IMG/VR virus record: IMGVR_UViG_3300010885_020282
Coordinates: 10,676-74,675 of that record
Length of the DNA: 64,000 nucleotides
Direction: 5' to 3' (one strand)
Source of the DNA: a virus
Of this stretch, positions 1 through 7,869 are shown one piece after another; positions within the stretch are counted from its first letter, which is position 1, and every line of letters starts with the position of its first letter. Made by a program: the position numbers and the translations under genes. Below the pieces are notes generated by a model. The model did not search any database. It was not told the DNA's origin and was given only the letters and a program-made list of their open reading frames with translations.

Positions 1-204
1 ATGATGAAACGTTACGATGACAAAAATTTATTAGCCGCACAATTTGCTTGGAACTATCGTAAACCTAAACTACGTTTGGGTATCTCAAGTTTACAAACAG
101 AATGTGCAATCTACAGAGAGCGTGGATTCCAGTACTTGTACCTGGATCAAGCGCACCTGTACAAACAGGACCTTGAAGGTTTTGAAATACTAGGACCACT
201 ATAA
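1..204 (+). CDS. 5'-partial protein, similar to the C-terminal part of arginyl/leucyl-tRNA--protein transferases (ATE/Bpt, GNAT-like fold)
   Basis: Frame is open from the window edge; LRLGISSLQTECAIYRERGFQYLYLD...YKQ resembles the SLGxxxLxxEIxxARxxGxxYxYLG...YK pattern of the ATE C-terminal domain; stop at 202-204. Confidence 0.45.
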   Translation: MMKRYDDKNLLAAQFAWNYRKPKLRLGISSLQTECAIYRERGFQYLYLDQAHLYKQDLEGFEILGPL

Positions 205-205
205 C

Positions 206-544
206 ATGGCAGACATTTACACAATTTGGGCAGACAAAGAAGGCGACATCTCAGACTTAGACTGGGTCAACGGCATGAAAAGTTTCTTTGAACATTTGAA
301 ATTTGAAGGCAAGCTGGAAGACTATCGCATCACTAGATGCAAGATGGGATTCCGTTCAATTGCAGACATGCCAGAATGGATGATACTCATGGAGTTCCGG
401 GACATGGCTCAGATGGATCTAGCATTCAAACGTGTTGCACCTCTCGCAGGTGAACTAGAAGCCAAACACAAATCATTCAATCAATTTGTTTCAGGCACAA
501 TACAACATGCATTGTTCCGTGATTGGCCTGATACGTTTGTATAA
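206..544 (+). CDS. small conserved protein, DUF6614-like (dimeric alpha-beta barrel type)
   Basis: 112 aa; DIYxIWxD...HLKxEG...RITRxKxG...E(W/F)xIxxEFxDxAQxDxAF...H...ALxRDxPD pattern recalled for DUF6614 proteins; stop overlaps next ATG. Confidence 0.55.
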   Translation: MADIYTIWADKEGDISDLDWVNGMKSFFEHLKFEGKLEDYRITRCKMGFRSIADMPEWMILMEFRDMAQMDLAFKRVAPLAGELEAKHKSFNQFVSGTIQHALFRDWPDTFV

Positions 545-1608
545 TGCAACCCATATGCGTGGTTAGTTCGTCCCCGGTTGGATGCACATTCCTTGACTGG
601 AGTTTGCATTTTCTTTCAGGACAAGATCAATACTACCATGTTGAACAGCAACAGTGGAGGCCTTTGTCACAATCGCCCCTGAGCAAACTCAATGCACACG
701 GGCATGCTAAAAATCACCCCAATGGCTTAGATATCACACGTATTTTTGCCATGTCCATTGAGCTTGAACAACAAAAAGCAGATAACCATGACAAACTGTT
801 TTCATTTTATTCCGCGCCTATGACCATGCGAATAGCATCCAAGAGAGCAGGAGCAAATAGTTTTAATGAGTTTAGTGACCCAACTACATTAGCACGAGCC
901 CAATCTCTTATCAAGCAGGACTTTGTTGATATGATACAGCATTGCTTAGATACCAATATCAATGTAGTGTATGTGCAACCGGATAATACTGCAATAACTG
1001 CACAGTGGAGATTCCGCAACGATAATCGATTGTTTAACAATGGGCTAACTGCTACCCCAGACGAACAACAACAAGAATTTCAAAATGCGTTTTTTAGCAA
1101 AAGCCAAACTAGCTGGGCAAGTCAAGGATTAACAGAAGTATGGGATCAACGAGAACGCATAGCATTGGATTTTAGGCCGTTTGATACAGACAAGTTTTTG
1201 CTTGATCAGGATGTTGGGTTTAATAAACCACACCAACGTATTAGTAGTTTAGATTTGTGGATAAACACAGAGGAAACAACACTAGGGGCGTTGCAACAAC
1301 TTGGATTACCAATTAACACCCAGAGACGCCAGGCCTGGCAATTGATTGCACAACAATGGCAAAAGATGCATTTGCAAAATATCAAATTCTATCATGAAAT
1401 TGATCATATAGTAAAAGCCATTGTCAATGGTTGGTATTACAATATAGGCGATCTTGAATTAATACAAGAAGCAATCATACAGCATTGTTTGATTTACAAA
1501 CACAATCTCAATTTAAAAACGTGGGGATTATCAAAGTTTCCACGCAACACACAAGACTTACATGTGTTATTGGAAGATAACATTCATACAGTACCAGTTA
1601 TCTATTAA
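544..1608 (+). CDS. hypothetical protein, possibly sulfotransferase/P-loop-like fold; paralogous to 6044-6844
   Basis: 354-aa ORF, TAATG coupling with upstream gene; N-terminal strand + SSSPVGCTFLDWSL loop; C-terminal IQEAIIQ...FPRNTQDL motif shared with 6044-6844. Confidence 0.6.
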   Translation: MQPICVVSSSPVGCTFLDWSLHFLSGQDQYYHVEQQQWRPLSQSPLSKLNAHGHAKNHPNGLDITRIFAMSIELEQQKADNHDKLFSFYSAPMTMRIASKRAGANSFNEFSDPTTLARAQSLIKQDFVDMIQHCLDTNINVVYVQPDNTAITAQWRFRNDNRLFNNGLTATPDEQQQEFQNAFFSKSQTSWASQGLTEVWDQRERIALDFRPFDTDKFLLDQDVGFNKPHQRISSLDLWINTEETTLGALQQLGLPINTQRRQAWQLIAQQWQKMHLQNIKFYHEIDHIVKAIVNGWYYNIGDLELIQEAIIQHCLIYKHNLNLKTWGLSKFPRNTQDLHVLLEDNIHTVPVIY

Positions 1609-2030
1609 AGATGTACTTCGTACATCTGTTCTTCGCTTACGCTCGAACTGTTTCTTGACTTCAGTATCATCTAGATTCTTTGGTCATACTTGCCCGTTGC
1701 CGGGCAAGATCTGACATCATCCGAGTTCGAACAGTCATCTAGTATTAGAGAATTTGTCTTTCTTAGAAGTACAACTGTGAGTGGAATTGTACTTGTTACA
1801 AAGACAGCAGAGGCGGTTGTGCGGTACCTCTTATCTCAGCCTTGTCTCACAACGGAGCGCAGTTGATCCCATACTAGCGAAATCACTTGCGGACGGGTTG
1901 TATCTATTTCACAGAGCCCGAATCATTTAGCCTAAGTTAGCTTGTCCTTTGACGCCCAAGTCTGAATATGGTATCTCACATATCCTCAATGGGGTTGGGT
2001 CATGTCACCCAACACAGTGTCTATTAGAAA
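1609..2030 (-). ncRNA. putative ~420-nt structured non-coding RNA (family unassigned) directly downstream of the GIY-YIG gene
   Basis: Only long intergenic region in the window; at least 9 stems by eye (e.g. 1689-1696/1701-1708, 1755-1761/1800-1806 with 1767-1774/1787-1794, 1994-2000/2007-2013, 1609-1616/1620-1627); GNRA loops (GCAA, GUAA) and a G-U pair form only in the minus-strand reading; long-range 7-bp pair 1739-1745/1871-1877. Confidence 0.6.
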
Positions 2031-2459
2031 TTAAATTTTGTTTAAAATGTGACTGCCATGCACACGTACTTGTATGTGGCCGTTGTAATAATCTGTTGAC
2101 TCTAATACTTTTCTTGCAAATTGTTCACGAGCCTCAATGTAACTACATTCTGACTTGCTTTTGCAATAGTAAAGTATTTCTCTGGAGAAGTTTTCGGTGC
2201 CTAATTGTTCAGTGTCTTTGGTTAGCTCAGGGCTTGAGCCCCAATACTCTCGCCAGTCTGAATCGACTTTTGATCGTATTTTCTTTTTCTTCTTCGTGCC
2301 GTTCTTTTGTTTTACAGTTTTGTAAGTTGTTTTTGAGAACTTAGCTAGTTTTTTGCCTATGTACTTGCGACCAGATAGATTATTTGTGATTAAGTAAACA
2401 AAGCCCACACATTCATCGGGTAGAGTCTCCACTGGGGTGTTTTGAAAATACCATGTCAT
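2031..2459 (-). CDS. GIY-YIG family endonuclease (single-domain, Seg/DenA-like, T4-like phage type)
   Basis: 142 aa; GFVY-x10-YIG motif (GFVYLITNNLSGRKYIGKK), Y-x-GSS, conserved E (YIEAREQ) and YYN; Lys-rich insert. Confidence 0.85.
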   Translation of the reverse strand: MTWYFQNTPVETLPDECVGFVYLITNNLSGRKYIGKKLAKFSKTTYKTVKQKNGTKKKKKIRSKVDSDWREYWGSSPELTKDTEQLGTENFSREILYYCKSKSECSYIEAREQFARKVLESTDYYNGHIQVRVHGSHILNKI

Positions 2460-2515
2460 GCTGTGTGTTTTTGTTTTGCATTGTAGTTATAGTGTAGTTG
2501 CCTGTGTGGTAAAAT

Positions 2516-3535
2516 TTACCATTCTGTTGTGTGATCAGCATCAGACAAACGTGCGGGTGTACATTTGGTCTGACATTCTAAGCTGTCGAAGCGCAGAAAA
2601 TCTGTGCTCCAGAACGGATCTTGTAAAATTTCGTTGAATGTTCGGTGATTGAGATTGAATTGAGATTCTGCCAGTTGATGCCAGTTTGAGTTGTGTTCGT
2701 AACGATTGGCAGTCCAACAGCAAGGGTAAAATTCTCCCCGACTGTTTAAAAACACGCCTTTGTTGCCTATCATACAGATGCCCGAATAGTTGCCTAATTG
2801 TGTTGCTCGTTTTTGAAATTCAATTCGAAGTTCCTGTCCCGGCCTGACTTTTGAGGTCAAGGCAGTTACCACACGTTCATATCTGTGTGCAGACGCCACT
2901 AATGCAGAGTCAGAGGGTTCTAGTAAATCTCTAGTGCCATAGGCACTGGGGTATTTACTACCAAATTTTGTGGATTTTGTTAGCTGAAAACAGTCAAAAT
3001 TTTGTTCTTTTGCTAGAGTTTTCATGTGCTCTAACTGGTGCTGATTGAAGTTAAATGCAATTGAATCGCACACTCTATAAGTGGCAGAGTTGTGTGTAAA
3101 AAATTCCTGTATGCCTTGCTGTATTGATTGCCAGTTGGAATTAACACGGTATTTTTCATTGCTGGCTTGATCCCAGCCATCTAGACTCCAGTGTATTTCG
3201 TCTCGATTTGTCAATATGCCTGCTAGTGACTGCCACCACTGTGGCGTTTTATAGCTGCCGTTTGTTATGATCACAAGTTCTATGCTTGGGCTTGTTTGTT
3301 TAAGCCACTCGCAAATTTCTAAAAATTCTCGACAGTATATGGGGTCGCCGTCGTTGCCGCAAAATGTAATTTTGCGTATTTGTTGAACAACATCAGCACC
3401 CAGTTGATGCTTAAAAAATGCCAAGGATAGTTGTCGATTTAACAAACTTTCAGGAACCTCAGCACGTGGGCACCTGGGGCACTTTAGTGTGCAGATGCTC
3501 GATAACTCAACGTGCCAATGGTCCCACTTGATCAT
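2516..3535 (-). CDS. radical SAM protein with C-terminal SPASM/twitch domain
   Basis: CTLKCPRC (CxxxCxxC), GNDGDP, TNG, SLDG motifs; C-terminal C...G(E)FYPCC...CQTKC. Confidence 0.85.
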   Translation of the reverse strand: MIKWDHWHVELSSICTLKCPRCPRAEVPESLLNRQLSLAFFKHQLGADVVQQIRKITFCGNDGDPIYCREFLEICEWLKQTSPSIELVIITNGSYKTPQWWQSLAGILTNRDEIHWSLDGWDQASNEKYRVNSNWQSIQQGIQEFFTHNSATYRVCDSIAFNFNQHQLEHMKTLAKEQNFDCFQLTKSTKFGSKYPSAYGTRDLLEPSDSALVASAHRYERVVTALTSKVRPGQELRIEFQKRATQLGNYSGICMIGNKGVFLNSRGEFYPCCWTANRYEHNSNWHQLAESQFNLNHRTFNEILQDPFWSTDFLRFDSLECQTKCTPARLSDADHTTEW

Positions 3536-5295
3536 GCTAGATCTACATCCGTGTTATAACTTGTAAAGCCGTTTTCTTTGACCACACGTAAAATATTTTC
3601 AACTCGTCCAGCAAGCTCGTCTCGATGGCTCACAAGCCAAATAGATTTGTGTCGTTCGCGACTCATTTTCTTTAGCAAGGCCAAGCTGTTCTCAACGCCA
3701 GACGCATCCATGCCTGAATCTACCAACTCGTCAATAAACAGCACGTTAATGGGATAATATAAACTTTCCCACACATCACGGAATGCCCATGACATTGACA
3801 GGATCAGCCGATTGCGTTCACCACGTGATAAGTTATCAAAATCCAAATCTCGACCCAGTTCACTAATTTCAACCGACAAGTCATTTTGAAATATCACTTG
3901 ATGTGGCAAACCAATACGATCCAAGTAGTGTGTGAGCCTGTTGTTGAGATAACTTAAATTCTGTTCAATAATTTTCTTGCGAATGAAACTATCTTTGTTG
4001 GTCAGCAACTTTAACAAGAAATCTTGATGCTCTTGTGTACGTGTTAGATCGTTTAGTGTGTCATAGCTGACAACTTGCAATGCTTGACCTTGCATGTCTA
4101 CAATTTGTTCACTGTAGGGATCAGTTTCGGCTTCTCGAGTTGTTAAATCTCTGCGCAAAGTTTCTAGACTGTTGCGGTGATTCAGTGCATCTTCTAAACA
4201 GTCATAGAACACAGTGGGTGCAACTCCTAGTGCACCCAATTCAATCAGCACCGCTTCATGTTCGGCTCGTTGCGTGTCGTTGGCCAACAGTTGTAGTGCA
4301 GTTTCTTGTAGAGTTTTTTGTCTTTCGGCTTTTACAACATCAAGGCTGTTGTCGTGAATTTCAGTTCCGCATGCAAAACACTTGTGATCGGCCATCTGCT
4401 CTAGATCTTTTTTCAACTGTTCGCAAGTTTTGTTTAGCTTGACATCATCAGCGGTAATTTGTCGTATCCACTTGTTGGCATCGTCAATTGATTTTTTCTT
4501 GACGTGGAACACTTCTAGATCTCGGTGCGACTGTATTTCGGAATCAATATCAATGTGCTCTAGACTACTGATAGCTGACCTCAATTGATCACAATCTTCG
4601 CTTTGTTTCTTGAGCCACATGGTTTGTCGTTTACGCAAACTTTCAATTTGTTCTTCGATGCGTTTGTTGGCTTCTTGTACTGCTCGGATGCGCATTTCTT
4701 CTTGTGCAATACTATCCTTTGTGAGCCGGTTGATCTCTTTGATTCGATCAGCACGTTCACTTAACAAAGTAATCCCCAACAACTGCTCAATAATCACACG
4801 TTGGTCATTTGCCTTGAGACTTAAAAAAGGTTCAGTATAAGTGTTTAAGGCCAACACATGCTTGAACATGTCGTGTGTCATGCCCAAGGTACGTTCAATT
4901 GCATCTTGTGTTTCTCGACTGTCGCCTTGTGCGTCATCAGTTGCAGTTTGTTCTTCACTGTTGACATAAAATTTAAGTACATTGGGTTTGCGTCCACGTT
5001 CTACCCTAAACTCGCGACCATTAACAGCAAACTCCAAACTAACCAACATATTTTTGCCATTGGTTTTGTTTATGAGATTGTCTTTTTTGATGTTGGTCAA
5101 TGCTTGTCCGTACAAGGCATAACTTAGTGCATTGATGATTGTGGTCTTGCCAGTACCATTGCGTGACCCGTCCCCGCCAAGATCGAGATTTTCCCCTAGT
5201 ACCAAGGTCAAGTCTCGACGATCAAAGTCAATGGCTTGTGTGGCATTGCCTACACTCATGAAGTTTTTAACAGTTAAGTCTCGAATATGGATCAT
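3532..5295 (-). CDS. gp46: recombination exonuclease ATPase subunit (T4 gp46 / Rad50 / SbcC-like)
   Basis: KNFMSVGN, Walker A NGTGKTT, coiled coil with CxxC hook (CFAC), signature LSRGE, Walker B LFIDE-LVDSGMD, H-loop VSH. Confidence 0.93.
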   Translation of the reverse strand: MIHIRDLTVKNFMSVGNATQAIDFDRRDLTLVLGENLDLGGDGSRNGTGKTTIINALSYALYGQALTNIKKDNLINKTNGKNMLVSLEFAVNGREFRVERGRKPNVLKFYVNSEEQTATDDAQGDSRETQDAIERTLGMTHDMFKHVLALNTYTEPFLSLKANDQRVIIEQLLGITLLSERADRIKEINRLTKDSIAQEEMRIRAVQEANKRIEEQIESLRKRQTMWLKKQSEDCDQLRSAISSLEHIDIDSEIQSHRDLEVFHVKKKSIDDANKWIRQITADDVKLNKTCEQLKKDLEQMADHKCFACGTEIHDNSLDVVKAERQKTLQETALQLLANDTQRAEHEAVLIELGALGVAPTVFYDCLEDALNHRNSLETLRRDLTTREAETDPYSEQIVDMQGQALQVVSYDTLNDLTRTQEHQDFLLKLLTNKDSFIRKKIIEQNLSYLNNRLTHYLDRIGLPHQVIFQNDLSVEISELGRDLDFDNLSRGERNRLILSMSWAFRDVWESLYYPINVLFIDELVDSGMDASGVENSLALLKKMSRERHKSIWLVSHRDELAGRVENILRVVKENGFTSYNTDVDLA

Positions 5296-6047
5296 GCAGG
5301 TTTATTTGGTAATGATTCTTGGTAATGCTTATACAGCATAGTCTCAACGGCAGCAAGCTCACGCTCAGATCGCCAGGGCAAATTTAAATATGGCATAATG
5401 AATTGTTTGATAAAATCATAATGTATCAACGGAATAGGCTGGGTAATCCCCAAATCTAAATCGCTAAATTTGCTGTGGTATCTAAAGTCATGCATTCCTT
5501 TGAAAGGAGTGTGCCAACTCCAGTTAATGTCGTTTGCAACATTGTGTTCTAGATACAAACTATCCCATGTTAGCATAAATCGATAATTGACTTGATGTTG
5601 GTTAATCAACAGTTTAGCATAGTCAATAAACAATTGCGACCTTAATTGGTGCTGAGACAATGAGATATATGTTCTATGATAATCTTGCACTTTGGTAACT
5701 TTTGAACTGCTTGACAACCAAAAATCATGATTTTTTAATTTTACAACATTGTCATGATATACTGGATCACTTGATATAACCTCCTGCCACGCTTGGTTGG
5801 ATGCATCCAGTACTAGATCCAATCGGTTGGGTATAGTCCACTGTAGCAATACTGCATCCGATGATGCAATATGTTGTTTCAGTACATTGACCAAATACTC
5901 GTTACCGGCACCGTATCTAGAAAAGTCACAGACTGTGAGATCATGAGTCATCAACTCGATAATTTTTGGCCACTTATAGTATGTTGGATACCAGTTGGGT
6001 ACCGCAACACTGTCGCCAAATCCATCTGCTAATGTCAACAAGTTCAC
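5292..6047 (-). CDS. SGNH/GDSL-fold-like protein, catalytic residues apparently degenerate
   Basis: Shares GAGN block and WT/S..xRxD motif with 42555-43256, but block I reads ADGF and block V reads TQP instead of GCSF / LHP. Confidence 0.5.
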   Translation of the reverse strand: MNLLTLADGFGDSVAVPNWYPTYYKWPKIIELMTHDLTVCDFSRYGAGNEYLVNVLKQHIASSDAVLLQWTIPNRLDLVLDASNQAWQEVISSDPVYHDNVVKLKNHDFWLSSSSKVTKVQDYHRTYISLSQHQLRSQLFIDYAKLLINQHQVNYRFMLTWDSLYLEHNVANDINWSWHTPFKGMHDFRYHSKFSDLDLGITQPIPLIHYDFIKQFIMPYLNLPWRSERELAAVETMLYKHYQESLPNKPA

Positions 6048-6844
6048 TTTATTAAATCTCGTATTTGATCAGTATTGGTAAAAAAATCAGCAAAGTCGTT
6101 ATGTGGGACTTCAATTTTGTATCGCAACCAAATATAATAATATATCACAGCCTGAGTCCAGATGTCTGTGATGTGTGTTAGATCTTCTGAGTACTTGGTT
6201 ACTAAAGATGATACAACTCTATCGGCAATCCTAACTGGGTCAAAATATCTAGCATTTGACTTGCGCCAATCAAACCACAGATCATGACAGTGTTCTATTT
6301 TTGCAACAGCATTTACTGCACTAAAAAATTCGTCATAGTCATCGTACAGTTCTTCTATATACAATGCATTATCATCTTCGGACTTCCATGCACTCCTGAG
6401 GTCATGGTCTCGCAAAAATAAAAAATATTTTTCTCGTTGTGCCCAGGGCATGTTTGTCCCCCAGTCATCAACTGGCAACTGATTCTCAATACTGCTACCC
6501 ATGGCTTTCTCAATCATGGTACGAGCAACTATTGGCCAACTACGATCAGAATAGCAGATCTTCACAAGAGTTGAATCGGGGAAAGTAAGTTTAAACTGTT
6601 CAGACTCGTTGTTGATGCCATTGTCAATTAACACACAATAGTTTTTATCGGCAAGGAATTCAATTCCGCCTGGCCAGCAATCGTGCAAATATTTAGGAAC
6701 TACTAAATCAAGATTGTGACTGTTTCCGTTGGTGGAGAATGCTAGATGATTTTTTGGTCTAACAAAGCTTTTGCCGTGCAATGTTAATACAGCATTGATA
6801 AAGTGGCCGAACCCGCCCGACGGATACCAAACACAATAAATCAT
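6044..6844 (-). CDS. hypothetical protein, possibly sulfotransferase/P-loop-like fold; paralogous to 544-1608
   Basis: 266 aa, coupled to both neighbours; YPSGGFGHFINAVL loop, NGNSH motif, C-terminal TQAVIY...FFTNTDQI. Confidence 0.6.
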   Translation of the reverse strand: MIYCVWYPSGGFGHFINAVLTLHGKSFVRPKNHLAFSTNGNSHNLDLVVPKYLHDCWPGGIEFLADKNYCVLIDNGINNESEQFKLTFPDSTLVKICYSDRSWPIVARTMIEKAMGSSIENQLPVDDWGTNMPWAQREKYFLFLRDHDLRSAWKSEDDNALYIEELYDDYDEFFSAVNAVAKIEHCHDLWFDWRKSNARYFDPVRIADRVVSSLVTKYSEDLTHITDIWTQAVIYYYIWLRYKIEVPHNDFADFFTNTDQIRDLIK

Positions 6845-7857
6845 AAGCTTTGATAAATTTGCAACAATAGTTTGGGATCGTACATTTTGCTGTCGATTTT
6901 GGTGATCTGATCAGTTACAATTTGATCCACTGATTCAAATTTAACTTCGCCAGGCGCCAGATCTTCTTCCAAGGAACTGCGTTTGTTGGGCATCAAGGCC
7001 ATTTCACGAAGTTTGTATTGCTGTATAAATGTTTCTTTGATGAAGTTGGCTTCTTCGTAACTGATTTCGATATCCAGTTGCACTCGAACATTCATGTTGG
7101 GCTTGAGTAATTCACTACCACGATCAATCATGGTACTTAGATCCCATACATTGTACATGGGCTGACCAGGCCAGGCATGGAACTCGGGCTCTTGTCCCCA
7201 TTCCAGTATCATAACACCTCGGTCACCGTCGCCTGCATCAGCATAGTTGTGTGGAAAGCAGTTGCCAATATAGGTGATATTCTTTTTGGTTTGCCTTTTG
7301 TGGAAGTGACCGGAAAACACATGTTCAAAGCCATGAAAGTCTTCTCTGCGTACTTCACCATGATCCGGCATTTCTACCATGGCATTCATCAAATATCCGG
7401 GCAGTTCAAAATGCCCAAACATGTACTTGCCTTTTAGTTTGGGGATACGTTTGTGGTCATCGCCGCAGAGCCAAGGAGCAATGACAACATCACCACTAGT
7501 AAACCAATCGTTACATATCTGTACGTTGGGGAGATGCTTTGCCCACTCCACGCTTTGTATATCACGCTTATCTCTGTAATACAGATCGTGATTCCCAGGG
7601 ATAAAATACACAGATGAAAAGTTGTCATTTAAATGTTCCAGTGCTTGAAGGCTGTAGTTTAATGTAACAATGTTGATGTTGGCACGTGTGTTGTGCCAGT
7701 CACCCAAAAACATCGCAGTCTCGCACCCCTCTTCTCGAGCTTTGGCAGTGGCCCATTTGACAAAGGTCAAACAGTCATCGTTGTGCAATTGACTGTTTGA
7801 CTTGAGACCAAAGTGGATGTCGGTAAAGACTGCGGCTTTTTTAAATAGATTACTCAT
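6841..7857 (-). CDS. gp47: recombination endonuclease subunit (T4 gp47 / Mre11 / SbcD-like metallophosphoesterase)
   Basis: DIHFG, LGDW, GNHD, GHFE, SGHFH phosphoesterase motifs; lies between gp55 and gp46 as in T4. Confidence 0.93.
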   Translation of the reverse strand: MSNLFKKAAVFTDIHFGLKSNSQLHNDDCLTFVKWATAKAREEGCETAMFLGDWHNTRANINIVTLNYSLQALEHLNDNFSSVYFIPGNHDLYYRDKRDIQSVEWAKHLPNVQICNDWFTSGDVVIAPWLCGDDHKRIPKLKGKYMFGHFELPGYLMNAMVEMPDHGEVRREDFHGFEHVFSGHFHKRQTKKNITYIGNCFPHNYADAGDGDRGVMILEWGQEPEFHAWPGQPMYNVWDLSTMIDRGSELLKPNMNVRVQLDIEISYEEANFIKETFIQQYKLREMALMPNKRSSLEEDLAPGEVKFESVDQIVTDQITKIDSKMYDPKLLLQIYQSL

Positions 7858-7869
7858 CCCTGTAGTATA

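Noticed and set aside
1949-2344. 131-aa plus-strand ORF
   Set aside because: TTG start, antisense shadow of the GIY-YIG gene, no recognisable motifs
1609-2459. Group I intron carrying a GIY-YIG homing endonuclease
   Set aside because: No interrupted host gene (flanking ORFs are complete and convergent) and I could not find the P7/R-S core motifs; also no group II domain V, RNase P, tmRNA or tRNA signature by eye
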